From assembly GCA_938011245.1 (NCBI GenBank), contig CALLUJ010000002.1, forward strand, positions 28,888 to 92,887: a stretch of 64,000 nt of DNA, given 5' to 3'. Made by a program: the position numbers and the translations under genes. The notes below the pieces were generated by a model. It saw nothing but the letters and a program-made list of their open reading frames with translations. It was not told where the DNA came from and ran no database searches. Shown here in pieces: positions 39,408-49,434 of the stretch; position 1 is the stretch's first letter; the number at the start of each line of letters is the position of its first letter. Source of the stretch: an uncultured Aquimarina sp. Lineage in GTDB: Bacteria; Bacteroidota; Bacteroidia; Flavobacteriales; Flavobacteriaceae.

Positions 39408-41384
39408 ATGAATTATATAAAAAAAGTGCTTGTTTTTTTAAGTTTAATATTTGGGATATTTACTATAACAGCACAAGTTTCTAATCCAGTAATATGGAGT
39501 GCCTCCGCCTCTAAAATAACAGAAAACGAATACGAATTAGATATTGTAGCCACAATTGAACATCCTTGGCATATTTATAGTCAACATTTAGAAGGAAATG
39601 AAGGTCCCATTCCAACAAGTTTTACTTTTCAAGCAGAAGGGATTGAGCTTAAAGGAAAAACAATAGAACCTAAAGGGATAACTGGATATGATAAAACTTT
39701 TGAAATGGAAATTACCTATCATGAAGGAGAGGTACATTTCAAGCAAAAAATTAGAACATTACCTAGTTTTAAAAACCCAATAAATATTGTTACATTTTCA
39801 ATGGTTTGTAACGATGAAGCTTGTTTACCCCCAGAAGAAAAAGAAATATTAGTAAATCTTTCAGGATTTGGAGAAGCATCAACTAATATAGTTGTAGACT
39901 TAACAGAAAAAGACGCTTTATTATCTAAAGAATTAACGTTAGATATTAAATCATCACAAGGCTTCGAAATCTCTAAAACAGCGTCAAAAAGCTTGTGGAA
40001 TTTATTCTTTTTAGGATTTATAGGAGGTTTTATCGCTTTATTAACGCCTTGTGTATTTCCTATGATTCCTTTAACAGTTTCTTTTTTCTCTCAAAGTTCA
40101 GGAAATTCTAAAGCAGGAATATTTAAAGCCTTGCTATACGGTCTTTTTATAGTAGTTACGTATATGCTGGTAAGTGTTCCCTTTCATTTGTTAGATTCGG
40201 TAAATCCAGATTTATTAAATAATGTATCCACAAACACTTGGTTAAATGTTACCTTTTTTGTTGTTTTTATAGTGTTTGCTATTTCATTTTTTGGCTATTT
40301 TGAAATTGCGTTACCGTCAAAATGGGGTAATGCAATGGATGTAAAAGCAACTAGTTTAGGAGGAGGACTAGGAGTTTTTTTTATGGCATTAACCTTAGTA
40401 TTGGTTTCATTTTCTTGTACAGGACCTATTTTAGGCTCTTTATTAGGGGGCTCTTTAACTAATGACGGAGGAGCGATACAGCTAACGTATGGTCTATCTG
40501 GTTTTGGGTTAGCTTTGGCATTACCTTTTGCTTTTTTTGCGTTATTTCCTAATTTATTAAAAAAACTACCTAAAAGTGGAGGGTGGATGACAACAGTAAA
40601 AGTAGTATTAGGGTTTATTGAAATAGCATTTGCATTAAAATTTTTGTCTAATGCTGATTTGGTAGAGCATTGGGGCTTTTTAAAAAGAGAAATTTTTGTA
40701 GGCTTGTGGATTATTATAGCTTTAGGATTAGCAGTCTATTTATTAGGTTGGTTTCGTTTTCCACATGATAGTGCTAATCAAAAAATTAGTATTACTCGAA
40801 AAAGTTTAGCTTTAATAGTAATTGTTTTTGTAATTTATTTAGTGCCTGGAGTTTTAAAAACAAAAGAAGCAAACCTTAAGCTGTTAAGCGGATTTCCCCC
40901 ACCTATGGTATATAGCATATACCCAGAACAAGTAAAACATTTTAAAGCACATTCGTTTACTAATTTTGAAGAAGGTTTACTCGAAGCTAAGAAAAGTAAT
41001 AAGCCACTACTAATAGACTTTACAGGTTGGGCATGTGTAAACTGTCGTAAAATGGAAGAACATGTATGGAGTGTTCCCAATATTAAAAAGATTATCGATA
41101 ATGATGTAGTGTTAATTTCTTTATATGTAGACGATAGAAAACCACTACCTAAAGAAAAACAATTTGTATTCAAGTATCCTGGATCAAATAGCACAAAAAA
41201 AATAAAAACAATAGGGGATAAATGGGCAACTTTCCAAACTATAAATTTTAAAAACAACTCCCAGCCGTATTATGTTTTGATGGATACAAATTTTAATTTA
41301 TTACAAAAGCCAATAGGAAATACTCCTAATGCAGAGAAATACTACCAATGGTTAAAGGATGGTATCCAGGGATTTAAAAAATAA
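39408..41384 (+). CDS. dsbD: Thiol:disulfide interchange protein DsbD
   Basis: N-domain CNDEAC; TM-domain TPCVFPMIP and SCTGP; thioredoxin-like WACVNCRKME. Confidence 0.92.
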   Translation: MNYIKKVLVFLSLIFGIFTITAQVSNPVIWSASASKITENEYELDIVATIEHPWHIYSQHLEGNEGPIPTSFTFQAEGIELKGKTIEPKGITGYDKTFEMEITYHEGEVHFKQKIRTLPSFKNPINIVTFSMVCNDEACLPPEEKEILVNLSGFGEASTNIVVDLTEKDALLSKELTLDIKSSQGFEISKTASKSLWNLFFLGFIGGFIALLTPCVFPMIPLTVSFFSQSSGNSKAGIFKALLYGLFIVVTYMLVSVPFHLLDSVNPDLLNNVSTNTWLNVTFFVVFIVFAISFFGYFEIALPSKWGNAMDVKATSLGGGLGVFFMALTLVLVSFSCTGPILGSLLGGSLTNDGGAIQLTYGLSGFGLALALPFAFFALFPNLLKKLPKSGGWMTTVKVVLGFIEIAFALKFLSNADLVEHWGFLKREIFVGLWIIIALGLAVYLLGWFRFPHDSANQKISITRKSLALIVIVFVIYLVPGVLKTKEANLKLLSGFPPPMVYSIYPEQVKHFKAHSFTNFEEGLLEAKKSNKPLLIDFTGWACVNCRKMEEHVWSVPNIKKIIDNDVVLISLYVDDRKPLPKEKQFVFKYPGSNSTKKIKTIGDKWATFQTINFKNNSQPYYVLMDTNFNLLQKPIGNTPNAEKYYQWLKDGIQGFKK

Positions 41385-41486
41385 CCAAAATATATTCTTT
41401 TAGCAATTAAAGAGATAACCAAAAGTTAAAACAAAGAATCATTATTATTTCCAACAATGAATTCTATAATTTTATATACAAGTTGC

Positions 41487-41494
41487 TATATTTG
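41487..41494 (+). promoter_or_regulatory. Bacteroidota -7 element for accA
   Basis: TATATTTG, an exact TAnnTTTG match. Confidence 0.7.
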
Positions 41495-41552
41495 TGGGCT
41501 ATCAATAAGTTAATAGTCTTTATTATAGATTAAACTAATATACTATTCGACA

Positions 41553-42506
41553 ATGGAATATTTAGACTTTGAATTACCAATAAAAGATCTAGAAGAACAA
41601 TTAGAAAAAGCTTGTTCAATAGGTTCTGAAAGCAATGTAGATGTTACTGATACATGTAAGCAAATAGAAGACAAATTGGCTAAGTTAAAAACTGATTTGT
41701 ACAAAAAATTGACTCCATGGCAGCGTGTACAATTGTCTCGTCATCCAGAGCGCCCTTATACTTTAGATTATATAAAAGCGCTTTGTGGAGATACTTTTGT
41801 GGAATTGCATGGAGATAGAAGTGTAAAAGACGATAAAGCAATGGTAGGTGGTCTTGGAAAAATAGGAGATCAAACCTTTATGTTTATTGGTCAACAAAAA
41901 GGACATAATACCAAAACACGTCAGTATCGTAATTTTGGAATGGCTAACCCTGAGGGATACCGAAAAGCATTGCGCTTAATGAAAAGCGCTGAAAAATTTA
42001 GAATTCCTGTAGTTACTTTTGTAGATACTCCAGGGGCTTATCCAGGTTTAGAAGCAGAAGAAAGAGGACAAGGAGAGGCAATTGCAAGAAATATATATGA
42101 AATGGCACAGCTTGAAGTGCCTATTTTGGTTTTTATTATTGGAGAAGGAGCTAGTGGAGGAGCATTAGGTATTGGAGTAGGAGATAAAGTAATGATGTTA
42201 GAAAACACTTGGTACTCTGTAATTTCTCCAGAATCCTGTTCTTCTATTTTATGGAGAAGTTGGGAATACAAAGAGCAGGCAGCAGATGCTCTGAAGCTTA
42301 CGGCTCAGGATATGCTAAAACAAAAGTTAATAGACGAAATATTAAAAGAACCTCTAGGAGGAGCCCATAGAGATCCAGACGCTACTTACAATATTATTAG
42401 AAGTAAAATTTTAGAAAATTATAAAGTACTCCAAAACTTATCACCAGAAGAACTAATTAGTTCTCGAATAGATAAATATTCAAATATGGGAGTGTTTAAA
42501 GAGTAG
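41553..42506 (+). CDS. accA: Acetyl-CoA carboxylase carboxyltransferase alpha
   Basis: [30 protein letters not shown]. Confidence 0.98.
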   Translation: MEYLDFELPIKDLEEQLEKACSIGSESNVDVTDTCKQIEDKLAKLKTDLYKKLTPWQRVQLSRHPERPYTLDYIKALCGDTFVELHGDRSVKDDKAMVGGLGKIGDQTFMFIGQQKGHNTKTRQYRNFGMANPEGYRKALRLMKSAEKFRIPVVTFVDTPGAYPGLEAEERGQGEAIARNIYEMAQLEVPILVFIIGEGASGGALGIGVGDKVMMLENTWYSVISPESCSSILWRSWEYKEQAADALKLTAQDMLKQKLIDEILKEPLGGAHRDPDATYNIIRSKILENYKVLQNLSPEELISSRIDKYSNMGVFKE

Positions 42507-42527
42507 AACCTTTTAAATATCACTTAT

Positions 42528-42562
42528 AAAAAAATCTAAGATCAAAAGTCTTAGATTTTTTT
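42528..42562 (+). terminator. Intrinsic terminator after accA
   Basis: AAAAAAATCTAAGAT-CAAAA-GTCTTAGATTTTTTT. Confidence 0.85.
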
Positions 42563-42676
42563 AGCTCTATTAACAAGAAATCAAAGTTATTAACATCCTA
42601 TTTGTTAGTAAACAGAAGATAAACGAGTTCACAAAATTTCAGCAATAGAATAACAATTTAGTTACATTCGCATAGT

Positions 42677-44230
42677 ATGGAAAAAGTACAGTCGGAACCT
42701 CAAAATAACTATACCCAAGGAAATGTAATTTCTCTTGAAAAAGGAAAATTACCCCCTCAAGCCCTAGATTTAGAGGAAGTAGTGTTAGGCGCTATGATGA
42801 TTGATAAGAAAGGTATTGATGAGATTATTGATATCTTAAGTCCAGATGTATTTTATAAACAAGGCCATAAGTTTATTTTTGAAGCTATAGTAAAACTGTT
42901 TGAAGAATCAAGTGCAATTGACTTATTAACAGTTTCTAATCAATTAAAAAAAGATGGGACTCTTGAAAAGTCTGGAGGAGAATTTTACCTTATTCAATTA
43001 ACTCAAAAAGTAGCCTCATCGGCACATATCGAGTTTCATGCCCGAATAATTCTTCAAAAGTATATTCAGCGAAGCTTAATAAAAATTTCTAACGAAATTA
43101 TTGAAGATGCTTATGATGAAGCAATTGATGTTTTTGATTTGTTAGATAATGCGGAATCTAAATTATATGAAGTTACCGAAGGTAATATTAAACGATCCTC
43201 AGAAACCGCTCAAAGTTTGGTAACCCAAGCAAAAAAGAAAATAGAAGAAATTTCTACAAAAGAGGGGATGAGTGGTGTACCATCTGGATTTACAAAGTTA
43301 GACGATCTAACATCGGGATGGCAACCAAGTGATTTAATTATTATAGCGGCTCGTCCAGGTATGGGTAAAACGGCACTTACTTTAAGTATGGCGCGTAATA
43401 TTGCCGTAGGACAACAAATCCCGGTAGCTTTTTTCTCTTTAGAAATGGCTTCTGTACAATTAATTACTCGTCTAATATCTTCCGAAACAGGATTGAGTTC
43501 TGAAAAATTAAGAACAGGGAAATTAGAAGATCATGAGTGGAAACAATTAAATGTAGGTGTTAAAGATTTAGAAAAAGCACCTTTATTTATAGACGATACC
43601 CCATCGTTATCTATTTTCGATTTACGTGCCAAAGCAAGACGCTTGTCTTCGCAACACGGTATTAAGATGATTATGATTGATTATTTACAATTGATGACTG
43701 CTGGTGGATCTGGAAAAAACGGAAATCGAGAACAGGAAATTTCTATGATTTCTAGAAACTTAAAAGCTTTAGCAAAAGAATTAAATGTACCCGTAATAGC
43801 GCTTTCTCAATTATCGCGTGCGGTAGAGACTAGAGGAGGGTCTAAAAGGCCTTTGTTAAGTGATCTTAGGGAATCGGGTGCAATTGAACAGGATGCAGAT
43901 ATTGTATCATTTATTTATCGTCCAGAATATTATAAAATTGATGAATGGGATGATGATGAAGCTTCTCCAACTCAAGGACAAGGAGAATTTATTGTAGCGA
44001 AACACCGTAATGGAGGTTTGGAAAATATTCGTTTAAAGTTTGTTGGAGAATTAGGGAAGTTTGATAACTTAGATGATTTCTCAACACCAATGGAATTTGG
44101 TTCTAGGATGAATGATAATGAAGAGACAAATCCTTTTACAACAGAAGGATTACCAACTCCAAATCCTAATGATGCTTTTGGAGGAGGTTTTTCAAGTAAT
44201 ACAAATCCAGAAGACGATATTCCATTTTAA
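42677..44230 (+). CDS. dnaB: Replicative DNA helicase
   Basis: AARPGMGKT, FSLEM, IDYLQL, SQLSR, DLRESGAIEQDAD, KHRNG; no intein-sized insertion. Confidence 0.98.
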   Translation: MEKVQSEPQNNYTQGNVISLEKGKLPPQALDLEEVVLGAMMIDKKGIDEIIDILSPDVFYKQGHKFIFEAIVKLFEESSAIDLLTVSNQLKKDGTLEKSGGEFYLIQLTQKVASSAHIEFHARIILQKYIQRSLIKISNEIIEDAYDEAIDVFDLLDNAESKLYEVTEGNIKRSSETAQSLVTQAKKKIEEISTKEGMSGVPSGFTKLDDLTSGWQPSDLIIIAARPGMGKTALTLSMARNIAVGQQIPVAFFSLEMASVQLITRLISSETGLSSEKLRTGKLEDHEWKQLNVGVKDLEKAPLFIDDTPSLSIFDLRAKARRLSSQHGIKMIMIDYLQLMTAGGSGKNGNREQEISMISRNLKALAKELNVPVIALSQLSRAVETRGGSKRPLLSDLRESGAIEQDADIVSFIYRPEYYKIDEWDDDEASPTQGQGEFIVAKHRNGGLENIRLKFVGELGKFDNLDDFSTPMEFGSRMNDNEETNPFTTEGLPTPNPNDAFGGGFSSNTNPEDDIPF

Positions 44231-44244
44231 AGATATTTTTTAAA

Positions 44245-45537
44245 ATGTTACACTTTATAAACTTTAAAAGTAAAAAGCAACATAGCATATGGCTATTGTT
44301 GCTTTTTGTTTTAATTTCATCAGTATTACGAGCTAATTATATTTTGATTCCAATGGATTCAGATTCCCAAAATAATCATTTAAAAGCTTACGGAATTACG
44401 TATTGGAGTTTACAGCAACAAACCAAAGTAAAATGGTTATTAAATTATAGAGGTGGTTCGTTTTTATTTCCGAATTCGGATCAATTAAAAAAGGAATGTA
44501 CAATTAGAGGAGTATCTTTTGAGTCTCTTTCTAATACCGAAACAGAGCAAATACTAAAAACTATTAGTAGCCCTTCTCAAAATATGGAAGCTGTAGTTTT
44601 AGAAAAAGCACCAAAAGTAGCGGTTTATTCTCCTAATGGGAAGCAGCCTTGGGACGATGCCGTAACGCTAATTCTTACCTATGCCGAAATTCCATACGAG
44701 ACTGTATATGACAAAGAAGTTCTAGGAGACGAATTAATTGTGTACGATTGGTTACACTTACACCATGAAGATTTTACAGGACAATACGGGAAATTTTACA
44801 AATCTTACCGCTCTGCGCCTTGGTATATTAATGAGAAAAGAAGACAGGAAGCCCTAGCAAAAAGTTTTGGTTTTAGTAAAGTGTCTCAAGAAAAATTAGC
44901 TGTGGCTAAAAAAATTCGCGATTACGTAATAGGAGGAGGCTTTATGTTTGCAATGTGTAGTGCTACCGAAAGCTTCGATATAGCTTTAAGTGCTGAAGGG
45001 GTAGATATTTGCGAACCAATGTTTGATGGAGACCCAAGCGAACCTAATTATCAGTCCAAAATTAATTTTAAGCGAACTTTTGCATTTAAAAACTTTGAAT
45101 TAGAGCGTACTTTGAAATATGATTTTTCTAATATAGACATGACTAACTATCGAAGAGAAGTTAGAAAAGAGTTGGATTATTTTTCGTTAAAGGATTATTC
45201 GGCTAAATGGGATCCTATTCCTACAATGCTATGTCAAAATCATACTAGTTTAATAAAAGGCTTTATGGGGCAGACTACCGCTTTTGCTCATGAAATGGTA
45301 AAATCTAATGTATTAATTTTAGGACAAAATAAAATTAATAACGAAGCACGTTATATTCATGGAATTAAAGGAAAAGGTTTTTTTACCTTTTATGGAGGTC
45401 ACGATCCCGAAGATTATCAGCATAAAGTAGGCGATCCCAAAACAGAATTAGAATTACATCCAAATTCACCTGGATATCGTTTAATTTTAAATAATTTGTT
45501 GTTCCCTGCGGCAAAAAAGAAAAAACAGAAAACCTAA
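44245..45537 (+). CDS. Conserved secreted protein of unknown function (family often labelled 'asparagine synthetase B' in Bacteroidota)
   Basis: Signal peptide; HLKAYGITYW, WDDAVTL, DWLHLHHEDFTGQYGKF, GGHDPEDYQH, YRLILNN. No N-terminal Ntn Cys and no PP-loop seen. Confidence 0.75.
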   Translation: MLHFINFKSKKQHSIWLLLLFVLISSVLRANYILIPMDSDSQNNHLKAYGITYWSLQQQTKVKWLLNYRGGSFLFPNSDQLKKECTIRGVSFESLSNTETEQILKTISSPSQNMEAVVLEKAPKVAVYSPNGKQPWDDAVTLILTYAEIPYETVYDKEVLGDELIVYDWLHLHHEDFTGQYGKFYKSYRSAPWYINEKRRQEALAKSFGFSKVSQEKLAVAKKIRDYVIGGGFMFAMCSATESFDIALSAEGVDICEPMFDGDPSEPNYQSKINFKRTFAFKNFELERTLKYDFSNIDMTNYRREVRKELDYFSLKDYSAKWDPIPTMLCQNHTSLIKGFMGQTTAFAHEMVKSNVLILGQNKINNEARYIHGIKGKGFFTFYGGHDPEDYQHKVGDPKTELELHPNSPGYRLILNNLLFPAAKKKKQKT

Positions 45538-45547
45538 AATAGAAAGA

Positions 45548-46066
45548 ATGAATATAAATTTTAATTTAGTTGTATTAGTAGTAGTGCCATGTATTGTAGT
45601 TGCTTTGGGAGCATATTTTTCGATGCAATTAATGCTAAAAAAAGAATTATTAAAGCAACGTTTTGAAGTGTTAAAAGGAAACCAAAAGGAAGCTTTACCT
45701 CTTAAATTACAAGCTTACGAGCGGTTTACATTATTATTAGATCGTATTAGTTTACAAAAACTATTAGTTAGAATAACTCCTGTGGATTCAGATAAAGAAG
45801 CTTATAAACATTTGTTATTAGCAACCATAGATCAAGAATTTGAACACAATACCACACAGCAAATTTATATTTCAGACGATTGTTGGAAAGCCATTGTATC
45901 TGCTAAATCTACTATTATTTCTCAATTACATCAGTTAGGTGGAGAAGAAGCTGTAATTAACGCTAGTTCGTTTAGGGAAATAGGTTTACAAAAGTTTGGA
46001 AGTGTTTCTAGTTCCAACCAAATTGCACAGTCTTTTATAAGAACGGAAGTAGGAGAGTTGTTTTAG
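45548..46066 (+). CDS. Conserved hypothetical membrane-anchored protein
   Basis: N-terminal TM; LQAYERFTLLLDRI, EFEHNTTQQIYIS. Confidence 0.75.
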   Translation: MNINFNLVVLVVVPCIVVALGAYFSMQLMLKKELLKQRFEVLKGNQKEALPLKLQAYERFTLLLDRISLQKLLVRITPVDSDKEAYKHLLLATIDQEFEHNTTQQIYISDDCWKAIVSAKSTIISQLHQLGGEEAVINASSFREIGLQKFGSVSSSNQIAQSFIRTEVGELF

Positions 46067-46224
46067 TTTATAAGTTGAAAATTTTATTATCGAATATCGA
46101 TGGTTTTTATTGATCCTAAAAATAGTTAAAACTATGATGTACTTTAGTGCATTTCGCTTTTAGCTTCTAAAAAATATCTTCGTATTATGTCTTATCAACA
46201 AAGTAATGGTTAACGAATATTAAG

Positions 46225-46321
46225 AGCATCATCGAAAGCCTAATGATGATGGTTCAAGTTTTACATTAGAATAATTTTCAGTCGCAAAGGGAACTATGGA
46301 CTTCAAGTCCATAGTGGTTCA
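46225..46321. repeat. Pair of GA(A/G)C-hairpin-TGGTTCA units (possible IS200/IS605 end or REP-like remnant)
   Basis: GAGCATCATC...GATGATGGTTCA and GAACTATGGACT-TCA-AGTCCATAGTGGTTCA. Confidence 0.4.
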
Positions 46322-46431
46322 TTTTTAAATTCAGTTTAAACATTCTAAATAGAATATACTTTAGGGTATATATTAAGCTAATTTAGAATTGAAAATAGAG
46401 ATGCGATTTTATGTAATTTTATTTATTACTA

Positions 46432-48042
46432 TTACTCAGTATGTCCAATAGCTTTAAGGTATTTTTGTATTTCTATTTTAACTTTAGGAGCTAAGATGAA
46501 TAATCCAATAAGATTAGGGAATACCATAGCAAAAATCATAGCATCTGAAAAATCAATAACAGAGCCTAAACTTGCAGAAGAACCTACTATAATAAAAAGA
46601 AGAAATATAAATTTATAGGCGTAATCGGCAATTTTACTTTTTCCAAACAAGTATTTCCAACCTTGCAATCCATAATAAGACCAAGATAACATAGTAGAAA
46701 AGGCAAATAAAATAACAGCTACAGTAAGGATATAAGAAAAATAAGGAATAGCAGATTCAAAGGCTAATGAAGTAAGATCGACACCACCAATTTTTTCTCC
46801 CGTGGCATTTAATATAACCGAAGACCCATCTACTTTTCCATAGCTAAATAAGTTTTCTTTAATATTAACAACAATAATTACCAGAGCAGACATAGTACAA
46901 ATTATAACAGTATCAACAAAAGGACCTATTGAAGCTACGATACCCTCGCTAGCAGGAAAACGTGTTTTTACAGCAGCATGCGCAATAGAAGCAGAGCCTA
47001 CGCCAGCTTCGTTAGAAAAAGCAGCACGCTTAAAACCTTGAATCATTACGCCTATAATTCCACCTAAAGCCGCTTCGGGAGAAAATACACCTGTAAATAC
47101 TTTAGCAATAGCTTGCGGGAGTATATTAAAATTCATAATTAAAATTAATAAACCAGCACCTACATATATAATTCCCATAAAAGGAACAATCTTTTCGGCG
47201 ACTTTTCCAATACGTTTAATTCCACCAATAATTACAATTCCTACTAATACAGCCATTATAATTCCAAAAACCCAGCCGTTTTCTATTCCAAATAATACTT
47301 TAGCCTGTGCTGCTGCTTGGTTGGCCTGAAACATATTTCCGCCTCCAAAAGATCCTCCAATAACCATAACGGCAAAAAGAAAAGCCAATATTTTTCCTAA
47401 AATAGGAGCGTTTTTTTCAGCTAATCCTTTTTTTAAATAATACATTGGCCCTCCATAAATACGACCTTTGCTATCTACTTCTCTATATTTTACTCCTAAA
47501 GTGGCTTCAACTAATTTAGATGACATTCCTAGGAAGCCTGCCAAAATCATCCAAAAAGTAGCACCAGGACCACCAATAGCAATAGCAACAGCTACTCCTG
47601 CAATATTTCCTAAGCCTACAGTAGCAGAAAGTGCAGCAGTTAAAGCTTGAAAATGAGTAACCTCGCCTACCATTTCTCCTTTGGGCGATTCAAAAATATT
47701 TTCTTCATTAGTAGTAGTATCTCCCTCTAGAGTTGTTACTTTTTTGTGAGAATCTATATGGTCGTACTTTCCTCTAACAGTGTTAATAGCTACGCCTAAA
47801 AGACGCACATTAGCAAATTTATTATACAAAGTAAAAAATAGAGCACCTAGTATTAGGATTACAACAATTAAAGGTACTTTAGAGTTAGCTAAGGGAATAG
47901 AGTAGAAGATGCTCCCTACAAAATCTTCGGTGTATTTTTTAAAAAAATGATCAATCTTGGCATCAATTCCTTGGCTGTTATTAGCCATTAAAAAAGAGGA
48001 TTGTAGTAATAAATAGGTGAAAGCTATAATTTTCTTAGTCAT
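46432..48042 (-). CDS. Alanine/glycine:cation symporter (AGCS family)
   Basis: ATVGLGNIAGVA, GGPGATFWM, RAAFSNEAG, FAFSTMLSWSYYG. Confidence 0.95.
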   Translation of the reverse strand: MTKKIIAFTYLLLQSSFLMANNSQGIDAKIDHFFKKYTEDFVGSIFYSIPLANSKVPLIVVILILGALFFTLYNKFANVRLLGVAINTVRGKYDHIDSHKKVTTLEGDTTTNEENIFESPKGEMVGEVTHFQALTAALSATVGLGNIAGVAVAIAIGGPGATFWMILAGFLGMSSKLVEATLGVKYREVDSKGRIYGGPMYYLKKGLAEKNAPILGKILAFLFAVMVIGGSFGGGNMFQANQAAAQAKVLFGIENGWVFGIIMAVLVGIVIIGGIKRIGKVAEKIVPFMGIIYVGAGLLILIMNFNILPQAIAKVFTGVFSPEAALGGIIGVMIQGFKRAAFSNEAGVGSASIAHAAVKTRFPASEGIVASIGPFVDTVIICTMSALVIIVVNIKENLFSYGKVDGSSVILNATGEKIGGVDLTSLAFESAIPYFSYILTVAVILFAFSTMLSWSYYGLQGWKYLFGKSKIADYAYKFIFLLFIIVGSSASLGSVIDFSDAMIFAMVFPNLIGLFILAPKVKIEIQKYLKAIGHTE

Positions 48043-48047
48043 AATGC

Positions 48048-49070
48048 TTATTCAAAAGAGGTTGAAATATCGTATAATTTATTTAGAGTCTGTATTTGTT
48101 TAGCGTCACCCAATACTATTATTTTAGAATCTTTAACGAGTAATTGGTTAGCATTTGGATTCACCGTATATTTTCCTTCTGGATTTTTATACCCAATAAT
48201 AGTACAACCTGTTCTAGATCGAATATTAAGATCTAAAATAGATTGATTTTCTTTACCATGGGTAAGCTTATCGGTGGGGATTTCTTCGACATTAACAGAA
48301 CCGTCTCCAACTAACGAAATATTGTCTAGGAATTCAATTAAATCGGGAACCACAACTAATGATGCCATGTGGTCTCCACCAATTCTATCAGGCATAATAA
48401 TATTATCGGCGCCTGCTAATTTTAGTTTTCTATAGGAGGAAGGCTTAGCGGCACGGCTTATAATTTTTAAATCTTTATTCATTTGTCTTGCAGACAATAC
48501 AATAAATAAATTATCTGCATCTTCTGGAAGAGAGCAGATAATGGTACTTGCTTTGTAAATGCCAACCTTTTTTAATACTTCATCTTCTATAGCATCTCCC
48601 CAAAGCATAGGAAGAGATTCATTTTTAAACTTGTCGACAATTTCTTTTTCTTGCTCTATTATTACAAAAGGACGTTTATGAGCTAATAGTTTTTGAGCAA
48701 CCTGCTTTCCATTTCGTCCGTAACCACATATAATTACATGATTTTCTAAATTTGAAATCATTTTTTTAATTTTTTTACGCTTTAATAACTCGGGGTTGCT
48801 TTGTTTAACAATATACTCTGTTATTACAGATATTGAAAATGCAATAATAGCTACACTGGTTAAAATTAAACCTACCGTAAACAATTTTCCAAAGCTATCT
48901 AAAGGTTGTGTTTCTCCGTAACCAACAGTAGTTATAGTAATTACAGTCATGTACAACGAATCTGTCCAACTGTAATTAGAAATGGTATGATAGCCTAGTA
49001 CTCCAATGCATAGGAGACTAATTAATAGAGAAACAGCTAAATAAAATTTATTAGTTAAAAGTTTCCCCAT
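48048..49070 (-). CDS. Potassium channel protein with RCK (TrkA_N/TrkA_C) domains
   Basis: Selectivity filter TTVGYG; Rossmann motif ICGYGRNG. Confidence 0.93.
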   Translation of the reverse strand: MGKLLTNKFYLAVSLLISLLCIGVLGYHTISNYSWTDSLYMTVITITTVGYGETQPLDSFGKLFTVGLILTSVAIIAFSISVITEYIVKQSNPELLKRKKIKKMISNLENHVIICGYGRNGKQVAQKLLAHKRPFVIIEQEKEIVDKFKNESLPMLWGDAIEDEVLKKVGIYKASTIICSLPEDADNLFIVLSARQMNKDLKIISRAAKPSSYRKLKLAGADNIIMPDRIGGDHMASLVVVPDLIEFLDNISLVGDGSVNVEEIPTDKLTHGKENQSILDLNIRSRTGCTIIGYKNPEGKYTVNPNANQLLVKDSKIIVLGDAKQIQTLNKLYDISTSFE

Positions 49071-49072
49071 AA

Positions 49073-49291
49073 TTAAATATCAAAAACAGAAGATCGTTTA
49101 GTGTAGATTAAGTCTTTCAAACGAAGCCAAAAGGCTAGTGTTAAATACAAGAAAAAACCGACTCCTATTGTTGCAAAGGTGGCATATACAAAAAAGATAC
49201 GTACGTTTTTGGTACGCATCCCTAGGCGATCTGCTAACCTTGTACAAACATAAAATCCATGACGTTCAAAAAAGTGTCTAATTGCATACAT
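49073..49291 (-). CDS. PspC-domain protein
   Basis: GFYVCTRLADRLG..VRIFFVY followed by a TM helix. Confidence 0.8.
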   Translation of the reverse strand: MYAIRHFFERHGFYVCTRLADRLGMRTKNVRIFFVYATFATIGVGFFLYLTLAFWLRLKDLIYTKRSSVFDI

Positions 49292-49434
49292 AACTGCAAA
49301 AATAGACTTTTTAGTTTTTAGTATCTCGTAATTAATTTACTAGTTTTAATACTGCTTAATTTTTATGAATTATTAAAAAATAGAACTATAAAAATTTAGA
49401 AACCAAAATTTTATAAGCTATTGCTAGTTAATTT

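Noticed and set aside
42677-44230. Intein in DnaB (also checked RpoB, RpoC, RecQ)
   Set aside because: Lengths and motif spacing are normal; no insertion with intein termini.
46089-46117. ATCGA..ATCGA pair as a fourth 21-bp-phased site
   Set aside because: Spacing is 7 bp, with no partner core at +21.
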